Assembly: GCA_965153285.1 (NCBI GenBank) | Contig: OZ229114.1 | Strand: one strand, 5' to 3' | Source: Podarcis tiliguerta | Taxonomy: Eukaryota | Length of the DNA stretch: 64,000 nucleotides | In this document: positions 37,501 through 49,000 of the stretch, piece after piece | Layout: the number at the start of each line of letters is the position of its first letter | Numbering within the stretch: the stretch's first letter is position 1 | Notes under the pieces: generated by a model | What the model was told of the DNA's origin: nothing | Database searches by the model: none | Seen by the model: only the letters and a program-made list of their open reading frames with translations | Made by a program: the position numbers and the translations under genes

Positions 37501-39750
37501 AAAGATACATTGCTGTGCCATACTATTATTAAGTTTTGGTTTAAGAGCCCTTCTTATTTGTAAATATTGCTAATTTTATTCCCAACCTGAAATGTGAATA
37601 TTATAAAATGGCTGTCCTGTTGTTCCATTTAGGTGAAAGTGAGGGGGCAAGGACAGCTATAAACCAGGAATGGGAAGGTACAGGAAATGACTCAGAAGAT
37701 TTAGCTTTATTTAATTAACCATTTGTGCTTTTGAAATATCTCCTCACTGATTTGAAAACTACACTACTTAGTGCCACAGGCAGAGGCAAGTTAGAACAGT
37801 TATCACAGCCTCTGGCATGGGCAAGATAATTACATGGATCAAGAATCAGTTACAGAAAAGGTGTGTTCTTCCTGGAACATTCTGAAATCTGTACCAGTTT
37901 AAGACTTGTTTTAAACCTCGATGCCAGGGAGCAGTGTCCCAACCTGCAGGTATAGCTTTGGCTTCTCATACTCTACAATTACTCAAGTATACCCTAATTA
38001 ACAAGTCAAAATGACTGTTTTGAGAGAGAGGGATTTATTATTGTGGTCACTGCCAAAATTGCAAGTTAAATTTTTCACTACAAGAAAAATCTGTTGCTTT
38101 TATGGATGCATACAACTTTCACTCCTTTTACTTTAAAAAAAAATAAATCACAAACAGGTTCATTGTGCTTTTTGGTGGGCTTTTGAAGCTCTGAATTCCT
38201 ACTTTTTATTTTGAAGGAGGATCCAGCTGATGGGAGTAAATGTTAGGATTCCCCTAGGGTAGGGAACTTTCAGCTGGCCAGATGAGTTTAATTTCCATTC
38301 CCCTTCTTGAAAAAGCACAGCCAGTGGTCAAGGAATAATGAGAGTTAAGTCCAGCAATAGTCTAGGGCCCTGTCTTTAGCCTCTGGTCCGGTTCTGGCAG
38401 CAGAAGGAGAGAGAGACTACAGCAGAAAAAGGTTTAAAGATGCCAGTAAACAACTATTTAAAAGCTTTTTTCAGTTATACAAAATAAAGGGGGAAAAGAA
38501 AGTAGGGAGAATGCTTAAGAGAAGCTTAGATACATGGAAACAGTGGTAAGCATATAATGGTAACTGCTGGTTGCTGTATAAGAGAATTTAATCATTCAAG
38601 ACAGGCCTCCATTGTTAACATTACTGATGATACCAGATCAGGTTATAGAGTAGGGATCTCAAAGAACAAGCGTGGAGGCTGCAGCGCCCAAACAGCACAG
38701 GGAAGAGCAATTCAGTAGTTATTTTCTTTGTGCTGAGAAAAATTGTTGACCTACTAAAGTCATATCATTGCCAGATAGATGTCTGGAGAGAGGACATTTC
38801 TTTTTCTTCTGCTTCATACAGCTGCTTTAATTCTGAAGTTTACAGGAGTGATGAGTCATTAAAATATTGGACTTGGTGATCCAAGCTGCAAAATATGGCA
38901 GTGCCCTAAGAGAAGAAGCAGAGCTTCATTTTTCTTTTTACAGCTGGCCTGGCTTCTCTCATGGATGAAAGATGCCTGAATGTAAGTATTATGTTTGTTC
39001 TACTCATCCCTTCATTCAGTGAAGTGCTAATTAGAGGTTTACTTAAAATATGAGGGGCGCCTGGGTTAGACGCATACACAATAACGAAGTAATGCCAGAT
39101 AAAGTAAAGCCGACATTCACATTAAAAATGAGACATGAAAAAGGGTTCCTGTGGTGCTACATGCATACTAAGTAGTTCTTTGTATAGCACAGGATGGATG
39201 GCAAAGAGAAAGAGATGCCCAAAGTAAGAGTGTGGTGCAGTTGCATTGAATAATCTGACAGGGAAATCCCAGGGTGTTTACAGACCAAGATACAGGGGTT
39301 TTTTGGGGGGAGGGGGTGGATGTAAATGCTGCCCTTGAAACTTCCCCAGTCCCACCATGAGAGCTTTTGCCTAGCTAGGAAGTATCCTTAAATTGTGATG
39401 GCGCTTTTTTCTTGGATGGAGACAACATGCAGAAACCTTGATTTTTGCATGACTAGAGTCAATTCAGCGCTCTGCCCATATTTGCACGTAGTCCTGCCTG
39501 CCACTGGTTTGCAACTCCTGGAAGATTGCCCATGAGGAAATGTGACCCTCAGGCTGAAAAAAATCCCCCACCCCTAAGAAAGAGTATGAACCAGAAGCAG
39601 AGGACAATTTTGCTTAGCCTGTGATAGTGCTTTGTATAGTCCAAGGTGCATCCCTCTCAATAGGAGCCTATGATCCTCTTCAGATGCAATGCGATGTAAA
39701 GATGCGGGGGGGGGGGGGATTCTGTGATATCTGTAAAACAAACAAATTTA

Positions 39751-40490
39751 TCATAGAAACTGTGAATTGTAGAATTGGGTGGGACCCTGAGGACCATCTA
39801 GTCCAACACCTTGCAAGGCAGGAATTTCAACTAGATCATACATGGCAGGTGGTCATCCAACCTCTGCTTAAAAACCTCCAAGGAAGGAGAGTCCACCACC
39901 TCTCATGGGAGTCCGTTCCAATGTTGAAGAGCTCTTAATGTCAGAAAGTTCTTGCTGATGTTTAGTCTGAATCTCCTTTCTTGTAACTTGAAGCCATTGG
40001 TTTAGGTCCTACCCTCCAGAGAAAACAAGGTTGCTCCATCCTCCATATGGCCGCCCTTGAGATATTTGAAAACGGCTATCATATCTCCTCTTTGCCAGGC
40101 TAAACATACCTACCTCCTTCAAATATTCCTCATAAGACTTGACACATTTGAAGCTTGTGGTCTACCCCCATAATCTTTTCACATGCACCACTGGCAAGCC
40201 TAGTGTTCCCCATCTTATATTGTCCAGCTGGTTCTTCCTAAATTTGTCACTATTGAAATTTTATTAGTTTGGGCCCAGTTCTTCAGACTATTAAGGTCAT
40301 ATTGAATCCAGATTCTATCTTCAGCAGCACTGGTTACCTCTCTGAGTTTGGGGTCATCTGCAGATTTTTATGACCATCCCCCTAATGCCTTCATCCAATT
40401 TGTTTATAAAGATGTTGAACAACAACCGGCCCAGGACAGGACACTTACTTTTTCCCACAAATGATGAGTCAGCCAGTTATAAATGCACCT
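39751..40490 (-). mobile_element. CR1 LINE 3' fragment
   Basis: Begins tcatagaa...gtagaattgg..gggaccctgaggaccatctagtccaac (reverse of a CR1 3' end), followed by decayed ORF2 sequence. Confidence 0.75.
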
Positions 40491-40571
40491 AAACTATTCT
40501 GGACTAGAACCAATTCAATTGTAGTCATGAAAGGTTATGCTCACTTAACAGATGAGGACAGAGAAGAACTA

Positions 40572-40829
40572 CCGTATTTTTTGCTCTATAAGACTCACTT
40601 TTTCCCTCCTAAAAAGTAAGGGGAAATATGTGTGCGTCTTATGGAGCGAATGCAGGCTGCGCAGCTATCCCAGAAGCAGAACAGCAAGAGGGATTGCTGC
40701 TTTCACTGTGCAGCGATCCCTCTTGCTGTTCTGGCTTCTGAGATTCAGAATATTTTTTTTCTTGTTTTCCTCCTCCAAAAACTAGGTGCGTCTTGTGGTC
40801 TGGTGTGTCTTATAGAGCGAAAAATACGG
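40572..40829. mobile_element. Tc1/mariner-superfamily (pogo/Tc2-like) MITE, family C
   Basis: 23-bp TIR CCGTATTTTTTGCTCTATAAGAC / GTCTTATAGAGCGAAAAATACGG with TA on both sides. Confidence 0.85.
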
Positions 40830-41245
40830 TATATACCACGATCTGCAAAAGGTACTGTCAGCTACTTATAAAGCTTAAATGTACACAGTATAAACATGGT
40901 GAGCAATGACAAAAACCACGAACAGGTGTTAACTAATAGCCTTTGTGGAGGAGAAACCATTGTGTCATTTCAGGGCAAAACAAATGCAACTTACTGATAA
41001 GAGCTAGTGCAGCAGTCTCCCTTTGAAGTTCCTTTGTTAGAGAACAGTTAGCAGCAGTGTGACCTAGAAGCAATTGAAATCTGACCAAAACATGTAATCT
41101 CTAGAAACTGCTCGGGAACATTTCAGTGTCCTAGACATAAATAATGACTTAAGGCAGCAACATTAGCAAATAAACTTCAAAGAAGACTAGGGAGGCATTG
41201 ACTGTCTTCACGTTTCCCCCTGCATCATGATTGTTGCATCATGCG

Positions 41246-41563
41246 TAATAATAATAATTTATTATTTATACGCCGCCCATCTGCCTGGGTTTCCCCAGCC
41301 ACTCTGGGTGGCTCCCAATAGAATACAGTGGTACCTTGGGTTAAGAACTTAATTCGTTCTGGAGGTCTGTTCTTAACCTGAAACTGTTCTTAACCTGAAG
41401 ACCACTTTAGCTAATGGGGCCTCCCCCATTTCTGTTCTCATCCTGAAGTAGTTCTTAACCCAAGGTACTATTTCTGGGTCTGTAACCTGAAGCGTCTGTA
41501 ACCCAAGGTACCACTGTATTAAAAACACGAAAAAACATCAAACATTAAAAACTTTCTTAAACA
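41246..41563 (-). mobile_element. L2-like LINE 3' tail (host of the MITE at 41326-41516)
   Basis: (AAT)n tail then tttatacgccgcccatctgcctgggtttccccagccactctgggtggct; paralogous copy at 17833-17932. Confidence 0.65.
41326..41516. mobile_element. MITE family A nested in a LINE 3'-tail fragment
   Basis: TA-CAGTGGTACCTTGGGTTA ... TAACCCAAGGTACCACTG-TA. Confidence 0.88.
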
Positions 41564-41613
41564 CACATCATGATTTGCAATATATTGCCAGGTCAAAAAT
41601 TATGAAACTGCGC

Positions 41614-41618
<5 letters not shown>

Positions 41619-41662
<44 letters not shown>
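41619..41662. repeat. Compound (CT)n(AT)n microsatellite
   Basis: Read directly from the sequence. Confidence 0.9.
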
Positions 41663-44600
41663 CGTCCAGCCCTAAAGAAGACCACTATGAATTGCTGAAC
41701 TAGAACTGATCATTACATTTGGTTATTTAGTCCTGAGCTGAGACTATAGTTTCTTCTCCATGTGAGAACAATGAATGCCCTGGTGGAGTGGGCTCTAATC
41801 CACAAAAGCTTCTATCACAAATATTGGGCTCCAAGACTTGGGGGGGGGGGGGGGTTGCTGCATCAGACAAACCTTTCAAGCTGCAGGGTTCAGTAACACC
41901 ATTAATTCATGGTGTGAAGATACATGTAGTTTCAGATTATACTGCAGTAAATGCGCAGATACAAGTACAAATTCAGCAACTGCAGCTACAGCGTCAAAGT
42001 GTTTGCAGAGAAGCAAGAAATCTAAGAAGTTTGTAGTTATGGATTACACCCTGAAAAAAAATCATTTCACATCCTCGAGCTTAGCCATAGTTACACTAGT
42101 GTTCTTTCTACACCTCTCTTTCCCATTCATTGAAATTCTTTGCCCTGCTAAATGGCACCTTTCATCCAATCACTGACAGCAGAAAGGTTTACATGGGAGA
42201 AAATGTTAATGTTGTGATGTAGCCATTAAATTATAGGGCAGGGATAATATAAACACATGCAGTCGCCTTTCCAATGTTCAAGAGTAGAAATACAGAATGT
42301 TATAGCTGAAAGCTGAATAATCTGTAGGCAGAGCAAAAAAACAGATTACAAGTTACTGCAAGTTGTACTGACAAGTACAGGAAAGTAATTATGGGCACAG
42401 TCTTAATGGTCTTTACCTCTTTGCAGAGTGAGGTCCATCCCTATCATCCATCCCTCGGTGCTTCAGTAATTATTGGGAGGAAAGAAGGTAGGGAATATTG
42501 TGCATCCACAGCTCTCCTGTTCCCCTCGCATACCCCTGGAGCTTCCATACTTATATTCCCACCAGCCAACACCACCCTATTCTGACTTGGGTGGTGCAAG
42601 GCCACCTGATTCTGACTCCCCTGCTCTCTATTTAGTGTCTTCTAGAATTATTTTTCCTAGCAAGCAGAAGGCACACAAATGGTGCAAGGGGGGATCCCCA
42701 ATATGGCTGTTCCCCAAATAGGCGTGTCAAGAGAGAGCACATCCTGCTGTGTGCTCTAAAGGACTTCATTTTATAAATGACCAGCCCTTCTAAGCATATC
42801 CTCACCTTCACATCTCAAGGAGAGAGCAGGTTTGTAAGGGCAATGCTGTTATCCAAGATATACCAGCCCTTACTGGTTTGGGGCTTTATAATTACTATTA
42901 ATAATTCGATTTGTATCTTGCCTCTCCTCCCAAAGAGTCTAGGTTGGCAGATACAGCAATGATAAAACAAGAAGGCACGAACTGGAACTTTTGGTGGTAG
43001 CTACATTGAGCTTTTTAAAGTAAAGATTGGGTAAGTCTTTTTAAATACACTTCGTATTAGACACTAAAGCTTAACAGGCCTGTGAGAAGCACAGCATGTA
43101 CATTGTTCTCAGCAAATGAGCAACACTAGCCTTAGAATAGGTAGCACTCTGTAGAAAGCACTCTGGTAGTTGAACCTGGTAGTGTGTCAAGTATAAATGA
43201 CAGTGGCCAGCTCCTGAGAATCATGGAATAGTTTCAGCTGATTTCTTAGATAAAAAGCATTCCTTGGCATCTGCATCTCCAGCCGCACTCCCCTGCTGCA
43301 TGAATGTTCTTTCGTCAATGAGTTTATCATTGTGTCTGGAAAAGTAATCCCTGCATCTCCCCTGTACTAAATCTGGAAGCGTCCATACTGGAGTAGTAAA
43401 GATCTACCTTCTGGCTAGGAAGACAAATATGTTGTTGTTGTTTTTTAATTTTTAAATTAGTTGCACTAAAAGTCAGGTCTGGCTTTTAGTTCAACTAATC
43501 TATCTCAGTTCAATTAATCACTCACGCAAGTGTTATTTCCCATAGCTGAGTGAGAGAAGGGGAGGGAGGAAAGGGCTGTTTAGCCACTCTTCTGTGTGTG
43601 ACTTCAGCAAGTTGATACTGTGTAAAGCTGCTGCTTGTTAGTCCCCCTTGTAAATAGGACAAATGCAAAAGCTATGATAAATAGGGTGAGGTGGGCTCAT
43701 GGGCCTCTAAAACCTCCAGTAGCTGGAGAGGCTTCAGTGTGGATTTTGTTCTGCTTTAGCTGCGATTGCATTTGTGTTTGTCAAAATGCATCTGCTGTAT
43801 GCACAGAAGAGGCCCACAGCTATTTCAAGCAATGGCACATTACATAACTTTTAACCTGAATTTTATTCTTCTCCTATCCACATTGCTTTACAAGTTCAGT
43901 TGCAATGTGCTGCATAAAGATGCATATATGGACCCCCCCTCCACCCATTTAAGCTTTGTAATTAATGAAAATTATGGTAAGCCAAGCCTGGGAATAACTA
44001 GCAAATTTACTGACTGCAGAGGTTGCCCTAGGAGCAGATTCCTTACATTTGCAATCTATATATCCAGCCAATTGCTGCACAATTATATAGCATTAGTAAA
44101 GGACAGCTATTCCCTTAACAGAAATCCACAAATGTACTCACCATGTAAACCATTTCTCTCCCTGGAAAAGCAAACCATTCCAACAAAGGCAAGATTTAGG
44201 TCCGAATTTAAAGTTAAACTATAGTTTGTAGGAATTAGCTCAAATCCAAAAGGGGTAGTGATACAGAAAGCTGAGCAAGTCACTCTGTAGGAGAATGTTT
44301 GTGTAGTTATCTGTGCAAGGATTCCAGACTAAAAAGAAGGGTTGAGAATGCAGGATGAAACTTAATTTCTTTTTTGGTCTCTTCCATGCAAACAACTTCA
44401 GGAGCTGTAGTGGAGGTAGTCTTCAAGGTGCTTCAGTAGTTATTTAGTTAGACACAACTGCCTAACAGCTTTGCTCTGAAGGGCATAAGTTTACAAAGGA
44501 AAGGTCATGGGAATTTCTACTGTAAAATTGCTGAACTAGGACATAATTAATTTGATTCTATTAGTTTCAGAGCTGAAGACCAATGTTTTCCCCTGCCACA

Positions 44601-45052
44601 CCTATATAACAAAACCCCAGTATGAATGTTGCTTGAAATGGTCCCTTGTGCTCATCTTGTACACATTTAAGCTCTACACAGAACTGTCGGACTGTATCTT
44701 TTTACATTTTCTGGCCATTTGGCACCTCCATTTCCAAATTCTCTATCATATACACACACCTACTGGAATTGGTTACAAATTTCATAATGGCCATGCTCTG
44801 AGCAGCTCCCTTCCTAGGAAGGCCTGGCTTAAAAGATCTTATATCTGAGAACGAAGAGAGGACTTCTCAACCTTTGAAACAAAGTTTGGTGTTTAAAGGT
44901 TGTTAGTGTGTGATTCTGTGTACCCAGCAGCAAAACGTAGAACATAACTCATCTCAAACTATATAAATTAAACAAAGGAATGTTTAATCAATACAGTCCT
45001 TATTTTGAGCTTTAAAATTTTAAACAGACATTTCTCCTTCCAGGGATTTTTT

Positions 45053-45058
45053 TTTATT
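45053..45058 (-). terminator. Candidate ATP1B3 polyadenylation signal AATAAA (3' UTR about 0.8 kb)
   Basis: Plus-strand tttatt at 45053-45058. An ATTAAA alternative lies at 44983-44988. Confidence 0.55.
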
Positions 45059-45861
45059 GGAAAGTGTAAGTCTACTCCCACATAGTGAGGTCTTTTCTTC
45101 CAAGCAGCTTTGCAGTACAACCATTACCAATTTTCTAAACCATAAACATAAAGAAATGTTCATACCAATAGTTCTCAACTAAAAATGTTTTAAAAGTGAC
45201 ATTGTATTGGTTTTATCTGTGCTCCACATAACAGCAAGCATTTAATACGATGACAATCAGTTTCTCAACTAAAATATCAAATCTAGACCAAACTTTACAC
45301 AAACACACAATACCTGCATGATGACAAGCACAACAGACTAGTTCAGTATTTAAATAATGTTAGTATTGATTTTTGACACTTAAAGTCCACTTCCTCCAAC
45401 CCAATACAGGACTTAAGGCATCCCTGCACAAAGCACAACTCACTATGAGAGGTTGGGAAGTTTGAAATTTTCTCCTAAAACTGTGTTGGTATTGATATGA
45501 TAGTTAAACCAGTGTTAAACCAATACAATATTTACATAGCACAGCACATTTGAGACACTCACTTGGGGATAAAGCCCACATTTTGGAACAGGACAAAGAC
45601 CACCATGATTACAAGTTATTTACAGGTCCCTAAAATGACAAACTATGTCTGTACACTGGTCCAACAGGGCAGGCAAAAGCATGACATGCAGTTATTTTGT
45701 GAAGGATTTAAAACATGATTTGGAAGCACATTATTATGCTACCCTGAATGCCACGTCCCACCCTATGCTTCTCAAAGGTGGTCTCATCTTCTAGAATGGC
45801 AGGTCCCGCTGATACAAAAAAAAATCACACAAGGTTTACTTTGTGAAGACACTGTTGACCT

Positions 45862-46032
45862 CTATTCAGTTATCAGAAATTTGAAGGAAACGCGTCCCAG
45901 AAACTTGTCACGATCATCTTCATTTTTTAAATTGCTTGATCCTGTGATCTTGCATTCAACTGTTACATCATCTTTGGTACTGGTTGTGTTAAATTCTAGT
46001 TGAACAGCTACTAGTGGCTGTAAGTAGTTTGG
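45862..46032 (-). CDS. ATP1B3: ATP1B3 exon 7 coding part, [56 protein letters not shown]
   Basis: Acceptor ctctctcactag|; TAG at 45864-45862. Confidence 0.97.
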   Translation of the reverse strand, partial: PNYLQPLVAVQLEFNTTSTKDDVTVECKITGSSNLKNEDDRDKFLGRVSFKFLITE

Positions 46033-49000
46033 CTAGTGAGAGAGAATGAGAGAGAAGATCTTTTTAATTAAAAATAATAAAGGCAGGTTTTTAACTCTCC
46101 TGAAGGCGCCCTAATTGCCCCAAATCACATCTCAGATGTGTCTTCGTTATAGCTTTTTAGACCAAGCAAATGTTGGGCACACAGCAGCACTGGCAAATGG
46201 GCTTGTGAGACTTTCAGCTTTATCTATTATTGCTTATTCAGAAGCAAGCCCTGCTGTATTCGGCACTTCCTGTTCCCAAGCATGCATAAAACATTGCAGT
46301 CTCAGCCATCAACTCTTTCTTACTGGAAAATGACAGAAAATAGATTAAATGGTAAAACATATATCGGGGATGCCAATGCCTTTCAGCCCCAGATAACATA
46401 GCCAATGGTCACAAAGGATGATATTGGGAGTACAGCAACATCCATAGGGTCACAGGGCCCTCCTATGAGCAAGAGCCTCATTTACAATTTCAGTGCCCCA
46501 TGGAATACTGTACTGCAACATGCCCCTTTAGCCCTGGGCACACTTACGGCCCAATAGCAGAACTCTCGTATAACATATGAACCAACAGGTGGAGAGGCCT
46601 AAAGGGATGAATTGTGGCTCCTTGGCTGGGCAGTATCAAGTCTGAATGCTAGCTTACTACCAACCCACCCTCACAAATTTAAAGAAGTGCACAGGCAGTG
46701 ATGTTCAGTTGCAGGCAGTCTTAAATAACAATAGTTAGTTTAAATAACGGTTTCAAAAGATTGTATTCAGTAAATTGTTTTGAGGAAAAGCAGCACAATT
46801 TAGATATACTCACATGTAATCTTTTTCCATAGTACGGGAAATACATTAAATCAAGTTTTCCCTCAGGAGGAAAAGTAGTTATCATAGCCTTGCCTTGTTC
46901 CTATAGATGGGAGATTATATATATATATTTTAAAAAAGAAAGTTTTTTTAAAAAACAGTTTGTGGGCAAGCAAAAATAAATGCACAATAAATATAGTTAA
47001 ACCCTTTATTTTGTTCACTTAAAATGATGTTAGGGTGAATATTCAGAAAGCCAGACACACAAAGTTAAGCTTGCTTAGCCCTTTGCTATCAGGTCAAGTG
47101 TACACAGCAATGCCATACAAATAAAATACCTGATGGTAGTTACTAAGCAGGACAAAGTAAAAAGCAAGCCATGCCCTTCAGTGCTACTCCTTGTCCAGTA
47201 AAACAATAGTTGCAAGTAAGTCCAAGCCAACAATACCTCCTCATGTAAAGTACAAAAACTTCAATACTTGTGTGGTGCGAAGGGGGTTGGCATGTAAGTA
47301 ATAAATGACAAATAAAAAGATGTGTGCTATAACACACAAGTGTAACAGTGAAATAGTAGTATCAACAAACTTCACAGACCTTGCAACCACAGCACATGCT
47401 ACCTGAGCAGCCTTTGCACAACATTTCACAACCGCACAAACAAAACAGAAAATGCTTCCATGGATGTCATAAAAGCTGTGATTTCCTGCCATTGCAATGA
47501 CTACAGGGATGACACCACCCCTTTTCTTAGTGCCACTGTGTCAGGCATTATCCATTCAGAGCCTGCCTCTCTTGATACCCCAGCAATGTGGCTATGTGTC
47601 TAGACTCAATTCAGACTTTGATCACCTCTAGATCTACATGGAAGAGACATCTTTTGGAATGTCCAAATCACTGAACTGTTCAGCTTCCAAAGAGCCTACT
47701 TATTTTAAGAAGACAGTGTCCATCGTATTTGGAAAAAGAAAAGAAAAACACTGGCCACTGACATATTATGCACTTGGAAGTATATGCCATGTGTTTCCAT
47801 GCTGCCTGCAATCTTAATTTGAGAAAACAATATAAACCACTCAATCAAAAGAAGCTGTAGTATACATAAAATATAATTAACTCCACATATACATGAATCA
47901 GCAAAATTTTAAAACATGTATACTTAACTAAATTATATGTCTGGGTAGGCTTGCTGAAATAAAGAAGTCTTTAGCAGGTGTCTAAAACAGTACAGAAAGG
48001 GTGTATGGCTAATGAGCTGCCATACTAGAAAACAGACTTCACAAATGTAGAAAGAACATTATATATTCCACAGAATGAACAGGATAAAGTGGTCTTTCAA
48101 GTACACCAGCCCCAAACTGTGAAAGGCCTTGTACACAAACAGTAAAACCTTGAACTAAGCTCAGTAGCAAATAAGTATCCAGTGCAGATTTTTGAGCAGA
48201 GGTGGTGTAATAGGTTGGCAGGATTCCACTGCTGTCAACAATTGCTCTGAAGTATTCTGCACTAACTGCGGTTTCTGAACCAACCACAAGGCAAGCCCTA
48301 CATTGAATGCATTGAAGTAACCAATGCATGGACTGCTATGGTCAAGCTATCTTGGTCTAGGAACAGCCACAGCTGTTGTATACTAGTGAAGTTAGTAGAA
48401 GGTTGTCCTATCCACCAGGGCCTCTAGTGACAAAGCTGGATCCAATAGCAACCCCAGACTATGCATCTGATCCTTCAAAAAGAGTGCAACAACATCCAGA
48501 ACAGGCAATTAGCAGATTTCTCTTGTTCCTCTGTCTATCAGGATTGAAGCTCAGTTATTTCCCCTCTTCTGGCCCACCAATACCCTGGTTCAGGGTCCCT
48601 ATGACCACCTCTGATTCAGTTTTGAAGAAATAGAACCGAGTGTTATAAGCATCCTTGCTCTCAACAGCTTCATGTGGGTATTAAATGGCATTGGGAATTA
48701 GTGCCCTGTAGCACTCCAGGGGGATGAAAATCCTCCACACAGGTAGTAGTGGAACATAGGGATCCCTAATACCTATCACATGAAGCTGGTCCAGAAACCA
48801 GACAGATCTGTGAAAAAAAGAGCAATGTGACACTTCTTTTGTCCCATTATTGTATTTTTCACTCCATAAGACACACTTTTTTCCTCCTAAAAAGAAAGGG
48901 GAATTGTCTGTGCATCTTACGCGGAGGAGGCACGGACTAGGTGCGTCTTAAGGAGCGAAAAATACAGTATCTATCAGGGCGACCAGGACTGTTTCACCAT

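Noticed and set aside
43766-44224. Longest ORF in the track (152 aa)
   Set aside because: Non-ATG start, no recognisable domain and no splice context; the length is compatible with chance.
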